Part shown: positions 35,613-45,169 of the stretch, piece after piece | Layout: the number at the start of each line of letters is the position of its first letter | Numbering within the stretch: the stretch's first letter is position 1 | Virus record (IMG/VR): IMGVR_UViG_3300032046_000001 | Span: 248,001 to 312,000 of that record | Strand: one strand, 5' to 3' | DNA length: 64,000 bases | The notes under the pieces: model-generated | The model's input: the letters and a program-made list of their open reading frames with translations, nothing else | Told to the model about the DNA's origin: nothing | Database searches by the model: none | Program-made: the position numbers and the translations under genes

Positions 35613-38027
35613 TTAATTATCCTCACTAACATTTGGAATTGTTGATGGATAATATCCATCAGAAAACGTATGAGTATTCCCATTTACAAAATTCGGGAGA
35701 CTCTCATAAACAACATGTGAATGGTTTTTAGATAATCTGGGGTCTAAAATACCATATCTCTTAAAATCTGGATTATTCTGTGAACTTACCACAGCCTTTG
35801 AACGGAAAGATCCTGTTTTCACAAAAACAGGATCAATTAACATATACAACTTTCCGAGGTATGTGTTGTCATCATTGAAAACGAATAAATTATCACTTTT
35901 GGTACATAGATCACCTGTCTGCCAAGGAATCTTGGCCAAGTTTATTGTTTCGGGTGTTCTGGCTGATGTAACTACGTTGAAGTTATTGGTTAAATCTTCA
36001 ACAGTAATTGTCAGACCATTTCCACACAATATAAGAGGCTTTTCACCATCGACAATAAATGCGTCAATTCTGTTTATCACCTTTTTCGGAAATCCTAATA
36101 TTCCAGGATTCTTAGCTTGGATAAGACCAACTTCAATACCATTCAGAGACTTGGATGCTTTCCTAATAGATCCGATGTAAACTCTACCGTTTGATAGGTT
36201 GATATATTGAGAACTAGTTGTTTCTTCACCACATCGTAATTCAAAATTCAAATAACCATTTGATCTGGCAAATGCTGTAATCGTCCAGATTTTACCAATT
36301 GTATCAGGATTGTTCCAGTTAGGACATACAACCTCATCACCAACACTGAAATTGATATCGACATCATATGATGGTATATGTAACTTGGTACCATCATTCG
36401 TCAATATATCCTCAAGTGCTGTTTCGCGGAAGAAAGTACTGCTCCAGATATTGGATGAGTCGTTACTGGAAAAAATGCCTATGCCTTTTACAATACGAAA
36501 ATCTCGATCGGTTATAATCTGATCCAAAAATCTGAATGTTCTGGATTGAGTAATCCTTGGGTCATTTGCTTCAAAAATTGAGAAATCACCATTATAGATT
36601 GAATCTACAGAGATTCCTCGCTCATCACCATCACCACCGAAGAATATGTGGAGAATGTTGTAAGAATTATTCTGAATACGAAGCATTCTCCCGGTGAAGT
36701 AGGTCCGATATTGATTATTAAAGATCACATAATCCTTACCAGAAACCAATTCAGTATCGCCAGCCTTCACAGAATCGATTACGTCATATGTACCATCCAA
36801 TGCCAGAAAGAACTTTGAACCGATGACGAATTCAATCGTATTATCTCTGGCTAACCTAATCTTATCTACAACCTCATAGGTATTCATAGATTTGATTTTG
36901 ATTATTGTGCCTGATGATACGGTTTTACCATCAACTGTTAATGATTGTAAATAATTCGTTCTTTGAGCGGCAACATCTGTTTCCCATTGGGCTAATAAGG
37001 CTGGTGTTAACTCAACAGTAATTTTTTCATTATTGAGATTAACCAGTTCCACCTGTTTAGGTGTATTAAAATTTCCCCTAATGGTATCAATATACCAATC
37101 TGCTTCTTCATATATTAATTTGTCGCCAATACTTACGACGCTCTCAACTAACCTGAAATTTTGATATATGGTTGATCCATTACCTCCAGATAGTTGTTCG
37201 TCAAGTGGTACAACAAACACTCTCTCAAAGGTTGGAACTGTTCTAGAGACAACAAAAGTATCAATCTCCTGATACAATGTTTTATCGTGCATTATCAATG
37301 GAATGTTAAATCCGAATGTTGGTTTTTGACTAGCCATTGACCAAGCCAGAAAGGAATTCATCGGCGGTGTATTCTTGTATTTATCATGACGACAGCGATA
37401 TTCCGCTGCAAATGGTGCTGCCCAATACAGAGCAATTAATTCTTCAACAGCAGATGACAGAGTATGAGTTTGTTTTGACCATGAACGTTTGTTACCACCA
37501 AAACAAACTTCATTGCCACTACTAACATTAAATAAATTTGCATATCCCAAATAGTCGCCGGATGCTCCCAATGGATGATTTCGGAAAAATACCCGACAAT
37601 AGGGAACTTCAAATACATCCTTTTTTTCCTGAACGAAGAGAAGAAACACTATATATGGTAATTGGATTCGGAGCGAGTACGGTATTTGTTGCCCTTCCAG
37701 CAACGATTCTAGTCCTAGTGCCGCCTGTCCACTCTTCTTGGTTGTTCTTGTTTCTTCAACAAAATCCCAGTCAAACTTCAAATGTCTTGATCTTGGAGCT
37801 TCCTCAATAACCAGAACTCTTGCACCACCTGAGCATGGAATATTTAATCTACAATTCCTGGGCAAAACATGACAGTCAGATCCCAACTGACTGGTAATTC
37901 GGGCAATATAATCTGCTGTTCGTATTAATTTTTTCCTGAAGACTGGTTGGGCTTCACCATTTTCTCCAATAATGGATTCAACAAACGATGTAGTTTCTTT
38001 GTCGATTATTAACGTGGGATTTGTCAT
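35613..38027 (-). CDS. Prokaryotic E2 family D-like (PRTRC protein B-like) domain fused to ~550 aa of uncharacterised beta-rich domains
   Basis: LPYIVFL, FFRNHPL, YANLFNVSSGNEVCFG, YWAAPF..WS..S in the N-terminal ~250 aa. Confidence 0.75.
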   Translation of the reverse strand: MTNPTLIIDKETTSFVESIIGENGEAQPVFRKKLIRTADYIARITSQLGSDCHVLPRNCRLNIPCSGGARVLVIEEAPRSRHLKFDWDFVEETRTTKKSGQAALGLESLLEGQQIPYSLRIQLPYIVFLLFVQEKKDVFEVPYCRVFFRNHPLGASGDYLGYANLFNVSSGNEVCFGGNKRSWSKQTHTLSSAVEELIALYWAAPFAAEYRCRHDKYKNTPPMNSFLAWSMASQKPTFGFNIPLIMHDKTLYQEIDTFVVSRTVPTFERVFVVPLDEQLSGGNGSTIYQNFRLVESVVSIGDKLIYEEADWYIDTIRGNFNTPKQVELVNLNNEKITVELTPALLAQWETDVAAQRTNYLQSLTVDGKTVSSGTIIKIKSMNTYEVVDKIRLARDNTIEFVIGSKFFLALDGTYDVIDSVKAGDTELVSGKDYVIFNNQYRTYFTGRMLRIQNNSYNILHIFFGGDGDERGISVDSIYNGDFSIFEANDPRITQSRTFRFLDQIITDRDFRIVKGIGIFSSNDSSNIWSSTFFRETALEDILTNDGTKLHIPSYDVDINFSVGDEVVCPNWNNPDTIGKIWTITAFARSNGYLNFELRCGEETTSSQYINLSNGRVYIGSIRKASKSLNGIEVGLIQAKNPGILGFPKKVINRIDAFIVDGEKPLILCGNGLTITVEDLTNNFNVVTSARTPETINLAKIPWQTGDLCTKSDNLFVFNDDNTYLGKLYMLIDPVFVKTGSFRSKAVVSSQNNPDFKRYGILDPRLSKNHSHVVYESLPNFVNGNTHTFSDGYYPSTIPNVSEDN

Positions 38028-38056
38028 GATAACATCCTTTCCAAGTAATATAAAAT

Positions 38057-39040
38057 TTAATTTCTCTTATCTGCATGGATTAGATCATTATAATCGTATG
38101 CAGATGTCATGATACAACTCGTCCAATTACATCCCTCACAAACTTTATTTTGGTCATATTGTAAATTATTTTTCAATTCATCCAGATTCATTAAATATTC
38201 ATCAATTGTCATTGATGGTGTTTTCAATCCTCTGATTCTTAAACATAACCTAACCATACCATCTGCATCGATAACAATATTATCCAGTGATTGAACATGG
38301 CATTTGAAATTATAGGGTAAATTTTCATATAATATCTTCAAACTTTGAGGCATATGAATATTATAGTTTTTTGCCTGTTCTAATATTTCTTTCAATTCAG
38401 GTGTTTTGTGGACTATCAAGTCGCTATTTTTTTCTATTCCAGCAAAATCATAATATTTATTTTTATAAGCATCAATAAAAGATATTACACTATTGATACC
38501 ATGACCAGTTAAAAGTTCCAATGTTTTAATTAAATATTTATAATTTCTGCTATCACATGTTACTTCCGCAACAGGATCTTTTATTCTGTCTTTATATTTT
38601 AATAAACAATTCAATCCATAGAGACTTTTAAAATATCTGTCCTTATCATACTGTTCACTGAATATTATGGGGTCGATTGAAGTTGTAAAACCCATTACTT
38701 CTCCAACTTCTGAAAAAAATCGATCTAATAAATCTGTACATGTACCATTAGAAATTATCGTGTATAAAATACTGTTTTCATTACAGTATTTTATAATATC
38801 AATTAAGTCATTATGAAGTAATGGTTCACCTCCCATAAAAATATGAAAACATTCTGGATTATTAATTTTCATCAAGTCCAGTATTTTCACTATATTAATA
38901 TATTTAATTTGATACTTATTAAAATAATAAATATTTGGATATGGAGCATCGAGATAATATTTTGCAATCCTACAATACTCACAGCTTAAATTACATTGTC
39001 TATTCAAAAACCAAGTCATGACCTTTATATCTTTTATCAT
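38057..39040 (-). CDS. Radical SAM enzyme with SPASM/twitch-like C-terminus
   Basis: CNLSCEYC, MGGEPLL, ISNG, IDADGMVRLC, CEGCNWTSC. Confidence 0.92.
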   Translation of the reverse strand: MIKDIKVMTWFLNRQCNLSCEYCRIAKYYLDAPYPNIYYFNKYQIKYINIVKILDLMKINNPECFHIFMGGEPLLHNDLIDIIKYCNENSILYTIISNGTCTDLLDRFFSEVGEVMGFTTSIDPIIFSEQYDKDRYFKSLYGLNCLLKYKDRIKDPVAEVTCDSRNYKYLIKTLELLTGHGINSVISFIDAYKNKYYDFAGIEKNSDLIVHKTPELKEILEQAKNYNIHMPQSLKILYENLPYNFKCHVQSLDNIVIDADGMVRLCLRIRGLKTPSMTIDEYLMNLDELKNNLQYDQNKVCEGCNWTSCIMTSAYDYNDLIHADKRN

Positions 39041-39095
39041 TTTAACTCCAAATAAAATAAAAACATTTAATTTTTTTTAAAAAAATTAAAACATC

Positions 39096-39131
39096 AAATA
39101 AGGAGAGAGAATAAGTTCTCTCTCCTTATTT
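39096..39131 (-). terminator. Intrinsic terminator hairpin
   Basis: 16-bp stem AAATAAGGAGAGAGAA/TTCTCTCTCCTTATTT. Confidence 0.8.
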
Positions 39132-39152
39132 AGCCACCATCATCGGAACATC

Positions 39153-39419
39153 CTACTTCTTCTTAGTCTTTTCTCGTGGGAAATAGGCGGGTGATTGTAG
39201 ATAATCCTTCATCCAGTGATTTCTTTCAGCCTTCTGGAAGTTCTGATACTGATCATAATTCATGCCATAATTATGATAATACTCGGCATCCCGCTCCAAT
39301 TTGTTTTGACCACAACCAAATATAGGCATAAATAACAAAACACATACAATACATATGAAATAATTTTTCATAAATTTTCTCCTATAAAGGGAAGGAAAAT
39401 ATTTCTCCTTCCCAGTCAA
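39153..39419 (-). CDS. Putative lipoprotein (start probably at MKNYF)
   Basis: Lipobox IFGC. Confidence 0.65.
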   Translation of the reverse strand: MTGKEKYFPSLYRRKFMKNYFICIVCVLLFMPIFGCGQNKLERDAEYYHNYGMNYDQYQNFQKAERNHWMKDYLQSPAYFPREKTKKK

Positions 39420-39450
39420 TAAATCTGGTTGATGGTCTGATCAATCAGAA

Positions 39451-40446
39451 TTAAAAGGTGTATGTCAAAGCACCAATGCTCTGGTTCTGACTAAGTTGCC
39501 AATCGGCATAGTGTGTCAGTTCGAGGTCGAGATTTTTGATTCCAGTTGGTAAAGTAATCGCTACTGCATGACCATTATCGAATGGGAAATCAATATCAGC
39601 CATTATTGATTTCGAATCAATTTCTCGATAATTATAGTCAACTGTTACCTCACCTATTCCTAACTTGGCACCAGCCAACCAGGACACAACATTATCACCA
39701 ACAGTCACAGCATAATCACCGTATATAGATGATGTATCATAGCCGATTTCAGCCATTGCCTCCCTATAGGCATTCCCTTCATAGAAATCATAATATCCGA
39801 CTGCTCCAACAATATATGCCTTATCGCCGATCTGGATGCCGATCTGACCACCATTCATAACATCATTGAAATATCCACCAGTGGCAAAACACGAAAGAGT
39901 CCGGTCATCATTAACAGCGAAATAGTTGGATGCAACACCTTCTCCACGAAAGACATCAGTATCGAACAAAAGACCAGAATCACCAGGAGTCTGAAATGGT
40001 AATTCGCTTTTACCGAGATGTAATTCAAGACCTGGAAACAAATCCGGGGTAATATTCAAATTGGCAACATCAATCATGGCATCATCTTGTTGTTGATCAC
40101 CAACTTGTTGGGTTCCAGTATTAAGTCGAAAATACAAATCGGCCTGATTATCCAAAGCAATACCGAGGCCAAACCGGATGCGATAATCCTGGGAATATTC
40201 ATTGAGTTGGTGATCATACAATGTGCGATAACGGGCATCACCATCAACAAAGAATTTAGAAGGATCTGTAACGCCGGGATTTTCTCTCTCGAAAATTTCC
40301 CACTCTTCCTCAGCGGTTTCAGCATAGACGGTATCCTCAGTTCTGAGACTGGTGGTTGTACCTTCTTCATAGGTGTTGAAAGCATAGACATTGATATGAG
40401 CAAAGAGCACCAACAATAAAACAAACACGACATAATACTTTTTCAT
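39451..40446 (-). CDS. Outer-membrane beta-barrel protein (putative porin family)
   Basis: Signal peptide AYA-like cleavage, GDARYR, RIRFGLG, GKSELPF..LLFDTD, alternating beta strands, C-terminal LTYTF. Confidence 0.8.
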   Translation of the reverse strand: MKKYYVVFVLLLVLFAHINVYAFNTYEEGTTTSLRTEDTVYAETAEEEWEIFERENPGVTDPSKFFVDGDARYRTLYDHQLNEYSQDYRIRFGLGIALDNQADLYFRLNTGTQQVGDQQQDDAMIDVANLNITPDLFPGLELHLGKSELPFQTPGDSGLLFDTDVFRGEGVASNYFAVNDDRTLSCFATGGYFNDVMNGGQIGIQIGDKAYIVGAVGYYDFYEGNAYREAMAEIGYDTSSIYGDYAVTVGDNVVSWLAGAKLGIGEVTVDYNYREIDSKSIMADIDFPFDNGHAVAITLPTGIKNLDLELTHYADWQLSQNQSIGALTYTF

Positions 40447-40523
40447 AGTTTTTTCCTTTCGAGTAAAATAGATTTAACATCAATTTAAAAACTTGGTATC
40501 AAATATCAATTTTTAAATTATTT

Positions 40524-40796
40524 TCACCTCCTTTCAAAAAGATCCTCATAAATTTCATCCTCAGTATCACCAACTGGTAAATGTGGTGGACGTGATGTTG
40601 ATCGTAACTTCTGACAAACATCCTGATAAAATTTTTGTTTCCATGCTAACTCTTGATCTTCTTCGTCACGTTGACGAGACTTAACGGCTTCTGCTGTCTC
40701 ATGAATAACACCAGACAATCCCTCTTCTAATTCAAAACTTCCATCTTCGGTTATTATAATAACCATTATATTATCTCCCATACAAAATTTTGACAA
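40524..40796 (-). CDS. Hypothetical protein
   Basis: Follows promoter copy 6. Confidence 0.65.
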   Translation of the reverse strand: MSKFCMGDNIMVIIITEDGSFELEEGLSGVIHETAEAVKSRQRDEEDQELAWKQKFYQDVCQKLRSTSRPPHLPVGDTEDEIYEDLFERR

Positions 40797-40813
40797 AGAA
40801 ACGGTTTTATAAT

Positions 40814-40833
40814 ATCACATATTAATATATATA
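40814..40833 (-). promoter_or_regulatory. Conserved phage promoter-like motif, copy 6
   Basis: TATATATATTAATATGTGAT. Confidence 0.78.
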
Positions 40834-40850
40834 ATTCACTTAGGTCATAA

Positions 40851-41357
40851 TCAGAAAAATATGAATTTTTTCTTCTTTTTATCAATATTGTTGGCTATTA
40901 TATCAGAATAGATATACATGTCTTTGGCAACAATGACATCTAACTTCTTTTTGAAAATACCATCATATTTTTCATATCCAATAACAATCACATTTTTTAA
41001 CTTTACTTTGGTGAGTATATACATCACACTATTTATTCTTCGATATTTATTAAATTCCAATTTAGCATCTTTTAAATTTGTATAGCAGTGATATCCTGAT
41101 CGATAATGTCTATCAAAATTATTTTCAGGTTGATATCCAAAACCAGGAACATATGATCGTTCTTCACCACTACACAATAATATATTTTTTTCATCGTGAT
41201 ACCAACAGCCTAAATAATATTCACCATATAGATATGGAGAAGCTAATGAATGTCCATCATACCAAAAAATTTTATATCCCTCAGTTTTATCATCTGAATA
41301 ATAAGGATCGAATGATTTAGTTATTTTATAAAGACACATTCTATCAACTAATATCAA
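40851..41357 (-). CDS. Hypothetical phage protein
   Basis: GYKIF...L.SPY...Y.SGYHCY pattern recalled from phage hypotheticals. Confidence 0.7.
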   Translation of the reverse strand: MILVDRMCLYKITKSFDPYYSDDKTEGYKIFWYDGHSLASPYLYGEYYLGCWYHDEKNILLCSGEERSYVPGFGYQPENNFDRHYRSGYHCYTNLKDAKLEFNKYRRINSVMYILTKVKLKNVIVIGYEKYDGIFKKKLDVIVAKDMYIYSDIIANNIDKKKKKFIFF

Positions 41358-41685
41358 TCAAATAATTTCCAGGTATAAGACATCTATTATAGACAAGACA
41401 TTCTAATATCCATTCAGTCTTAATACCACAATAACCTGTCTCTTCTTCAATAGTATTCTCATCATTGGTTTGTAAAAAATATTTCATTTTTTCCATGAAT
41501 CTTTTAAAGGATGGTTCATCTTTTTCGGTTTTACAATCATTCCCAATATTTTCATATAATTGATATGTGTTTTTATGAAAATAATCGATATATTCCGTTA
41601 TATCAAATTTATTATTCCCAAAATCATATTTCATGATACTATCAATATCTTTATGGTGAATAATAATAACTTCTAATTCTTGCAT
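41344..41685 (-). CDS. Hypothetical protein, paralog of 41698-41955
   Basis: EVI....I.K...E.IL..L.....GNY.I shared. Confidence 0.7.
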   Translation of the reverse strand: MQELEVIIIHHKDIDSIMKYDFGNNKFDITEYIDYFHKNTYQLYENIGNDCKTEKDEPSFKRFMEKMKYFLQTNDENTIEEETGYCGIKTEWILECLVYNRCLIPGNYLIDIS

Positions 41686-41697
41686 AATTTATTCTCC

Positions 41698-41955
41698 TCA
41701 AATAATAATATAATTTCCAGCTTCAATAACTTCTTTATGACATAAATCATTTAATACTTCTTCAACACGATGTTCACATGATCCAGTCTCAATCACTTCT
41801 TTTATACATCGATCGAATATCATCTTACCATTAATATTTGGAAAATATCGTCGAAAAGTTGCGATTCTAATATTTTTGCAGTATATTGTTTTAGTAATAT
41901 TTTCTAATTCTTCCATTGTAAGTTCAATTACTTCAACTTTTCTCATCAGTAACAT
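41698..41955 (-). CDS. Hypothetical protein, paralog of 41344-41685
   Basis: See paralog. Confidence 0.65.
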   Translation of the reverse strand: MLLMRKVEVIELTMEELENITKTIYCKNIRIATFRRYFPNINGKMIFDRCIKEVIETGSCEHRVEEVLNDLCHKEVIEAGNYIII

Positions 41956-41959
41956 CCTT

Positions 41960-44158
41960 TCACAATTTTAGTTCTTCATCAGCCTCAATCTGGTCGATAT
42001 GTCGATGACTTATTAGAAACATACATTTATTTTTTGTTAAATTTTTCAATACTTTAGATACTCGATAAATATTCTCATCATCAAGTGTATCAAATATCTC
42101 ATCAAATAATAATAAATTAAATTTAATATCTTGCACACTACTTTGTAAATCACAAAGAGTCAGAATTATGGCAATATCTAAAATTCTAACTTGACCTGCT
42201 GAAAAATTTTCTCTTGAATTAGATAGTGTAACATTATCAAGTACATTCAAACTTATTTTATCACAATACTCATCAGAACTCTTTAATTTTTTCAATGTAT
42301 CAAATGTGACAATATATCTACCAAATGAAATATCATTTAAATACTGAGCAATACGTGTATTCATAAATGGAATTGATTCATCAATCAACATACTTTCAAT
42401 TCCACTTTTTGAAAACGCATCTTTCCAGAATAATAGAACATCATTCTTCTTTTTTAATTCAATATTTTTTGATTTTAAATTTTCAATTTCAGTCATTGTT
42501 TCTTTTATCTTCTTATAACATGACTTCAATCTACTATCATCATATTTTTCAGATTTTTTTAATTCAATTAATTCTTGATATTTTTTAATATCAGCTTCAG
42601 TTGATATTATTTGATCTTTCAATTCTTGAATTTTAAGAACAATACGATTCAACATATCTTTTTCTAATTCAAAATCTTTAATTTTTTCAGTTAGTTCTGA
42701 CCTTTGTTGTTTTATATCTTGAGTTTTATTTGTGACTGCTTCGTTCGCTAATTTCTGTAGTTCCTGAAGTGAATTTTTAAAATTTAAATCAAGTTCTTTT
42801 ATATCTGCTTCAAATTTTGATTTTAAATTATCTGTCTCACTTTTTATAGTAGTAAACTGACTATTTAAATCTTCTGATTTTTTCAACCATTCACTTTTTA
42901 ATTGTCCGATTTTTAAATATTGAACTTTATTCTCTTCTTCTAAATTTTTAATTTTATCTTTAAGAGATTCAATATATTGATTTAACTTTGTTTTTACATC
43001 TTGGTCAATTACCTGTTGACATGTTGGACACACAGACACAGTATTTCTAAAAATATCATTAAAAAATTTTTGTCTCTCTTCATCTAAATTTATAATAGTT
43101 TGTTTACTAAATTGAATTGAATTCTCTATGGTTTTAATTTCATTACTAACAGAAGCCTCATCTAATTTTTTATTAGATCTAATTATATTTGACTGATCAT
43201 TCAATTTTGATAACGTAGAATTATAATCATCGGTTAATTTAATCTTCTTTTGACTACGAAAACTATCCATCTCGTATTGTTTATTCTGAAGTTTTATTTT
43301 GATTTGTTCAATGATATTATTTAATTGAGAATCTAATTCTAATAATTGTCGATTATGATTGGATAATCTATCATTAACTAACTCTAATTTAATATTCACT
43401 TCATTATCATTTAATTCGGATAAATTATGTTTCAGTTCAACTCCACGACTGTTCAATCTTATAATATCATTCTCATATTCTCTGACTTTATTTTCTTTTA
43501 ACTTACCAAATTCGTCTTTTTCTTTATTTAACAATAGAATATGATTTTTCAGGTCTTCAATTATATAAGTTTTCGCTGAATTTTGATTTTCAATTCCAGT
43601 TGATTCTTTTTGAAGTAATTCTATAAGTTCAGATGATTTCTTGTTATATGTGACATAATCATCTAATTTTAATATTTTTCTGAAAATTTCTTTTTGATCA
43701 GTATCACTTAATTCAGTAAAGAAAGTTTTATTTTTCTGACCAAATAACAAAGTACTGAAAAATAATTTTTTAGGAATCAAGATTTTTTCTAATTCGGCAA
43801 CTACTTCTTGACTTCCTCTTTTATAAAGAACACCATCTCTTGTTAAATGTGCAGTATCTCCAAGTTTTGTATGACCATAATATCGTTCAGCTTTATAATG
43901 GGTATCATTAATATCAAATTCAACATAGGTATAACAATCTTTCTGGGTTCGATTATTAATGGCACTTTTTCCTCTTATACCTTTACTTGTAGCACCAAAT
44001 AACGTGAAAGGAATTGAATCAAATATTGTAGTTTTACCAATACCATTCGGACCATGAATCAAAATAAGTTTATTATTTTGAATTTCAATTTCAAATAATT
44101 CATCTCCATAACAACAAAAATTTTTAAATCCGATTTTTTTAAAATTAACTTCTTTCAT
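41960..44158 (-). CDS. sbcC: SbcC/Rad50 (gp46-like) recombination ATPase
   Basis: GPNGIGKTT, coiled coils, CPTC zinc hook, FSAGQ signature, LLFDEIFDTLD, ISH. Confidence 0.95.
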   Translation of the reverse strand: MKEVNFKKIGFKNFCCYGDELFEIEIQNNKLILIHGPNGIGKTTIFDSIPFTLFGATSKGIRGKSAINNRTQKDCYTYVEFDINDTHYKAERYYGHTKLGDTAHLTRDGVLYKRGSQEVVAELEKILIPKKLFFSTLLFGQKNKTFFTELSDTDQKEIFRKILKLDDYVTYNKKSSELIELLQKESTGIENQNSAKTYIIEDLKNHILLLNKEKDEFGKLKENKVREYENDIIRLNSRGVELKHNLSELNDNEVNIKLELVNDRLSNHNRQLLELDSQLNNIIEQIKIKLQNKQYEMDSFRSQKKIKLTDDYNSTLSKLNDQSNIIRSNKKLDEASVSNEIKTIENSIQFSKQTIINLDEERQKFFNDIFRNTVSVCPTCQQVIDQDVKTKLNQYIESLKDKIKNLEEENKVQYLKIGQLKSEWLKKSEDLNSQFTTIKSETDNLKSKFEADIKELDLNFKNSLQELQKLANEAVTNKTQDIKQQRSELTEKIKDFELEKDMLNRIVLKIQELKDQIISTEADIKKYQELIELKKSEKYDDSRLKSCYKKIKETMTEIENLKSKNIELKKKNDVLLFWKDAFSKSGIESMLIDESIPFMNTRIAQYLNDISFGRYIVTFDTLKKLKSSDEYCDKISLNVLDNVTLSNSRENFSAGQVRILDIAIILTLCDLQSSVQDIKFNLLLFDEIFDTLDDENIYRVSKVLKNLTKNKCMFLISHRHIDQIEADEELKL

Positions 44159-44699
44159 TACTCTTCCTTAATTTTTTAAAAAAATAATCTTTTATTAAAT
44201 TATTATCAATAATAGATCTTTCTTTATTTTTTTGCCATGTTATATACCAAGGACCATCTTCATCATGAGTCATATTTGATAATTGAATTCCTGTAAATTT
44301 ATCGAAAGTTTTATATATCTCATTTAAAAATGATATTTTAAACTCATCATAAATCATTGGTATGAATGGTTTTCCTCCATCATAATCAATAGCATAACGA
44401 GTAATCGGATCATTTCCAAATTCAGACACAAATTCAAAATATATTTGTGGTATTACAATACCATATGACCATGCTTCAATATGTGAATTAAATAAGATAT
44501 CATTTTTGATTGCTAAATAATATCCATAGGATAAATATAATAAATTTTTTAATTTCATAAGATCTACACCAAAACTATAAAGGTGCCAAAAATAATTAGC
44601 TATGGCTTTGACATTTAAGGAAGAATCTACAATTGGAATACAATCACACTTTTCCAAAAGGTAGATTCTCTCTTTTAAATAATTATAGTGTTTTATCAT
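44145..44699 (-). CDS. Panacea (SocA/GepA, DUF4065) antitoxin-domain protein
   Basis: AIANYF, MKLKNLLY, IEAWSYG.VIP.IY, QLSNMTH..GPW. Confidence 0.88.
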   Translation of the reverse strand: MIKHYNYLKERIYLLEKCDCIPIVDSSLNVKAIANYFWHLYSFGVDLMKLKNLLYLSYGYYLAIKNDILFNSHIEAWSYGIVIPQIYFEFVSEFGNDPITRYAIDYDGGKPFIPMIYDEFKISFLNEIYKTFDKFTGIQLSNMTHDEDGPWYITWQKNKERSIIDNNLIKDYFFKKLRKSNERS

Positions 44700-45169
44700 T
44701 TTCGTTGAAATATTATTGTTCCTCTTGATGGTCCATTTAGTATAGTTGGTAAATATGAAAAATCAAATATAATATCAGAAAACTTTTTTCGAATATCACA
44801 TTCATAATCAAGTAATTTATCCATTAATTCATCATCATATTGATTAATATCTAAATATATTTTTATTGATATTTGAGAATCATATTCATGACATTGAACA
44901 ATCTTGATGACTTTCTCAGATTTAATAAATTCAGCAATAATTTCTTGTAAAATCTCATCATCCGTTGATATTTCTTCTATTGTTATTCGAAAAGGTGCAA
45001 ATCTTAATATTTCAATGCCACATTCTTTACAACGGACTATCTCTTTTTTACCTTCTTTGAATGATAAGTAAGACGAAACAAAACACTCATGCCCATTTTG
45101 ACACAATCCAAACTCGCCATTTATTTCTTTTCTACAATCCACAATTTTCCATTGAATATTTTCTTTCAT
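44696..45169 (-). CDS. Hypothetical protein with N-terminal zinc ribbon
   Basis: CQNGH...CKEC; ATGA-coupled to the Panacea gene. Confidence 0.7.
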   Translation of the reverse strand: MKENIQWKIVDCRKEINGEFGLCQNGHECFVSSYLSFKEGKKEIVRCKECGIEILRFAPFRITIEEISTDDEILQEIIAEFIKSEKVIKIVQCHEYDSQISIKIYLDINQYDDELMDKLLDYECDIRKKFSDIIFDFSYLPTILNGPSRGTIIFQRK

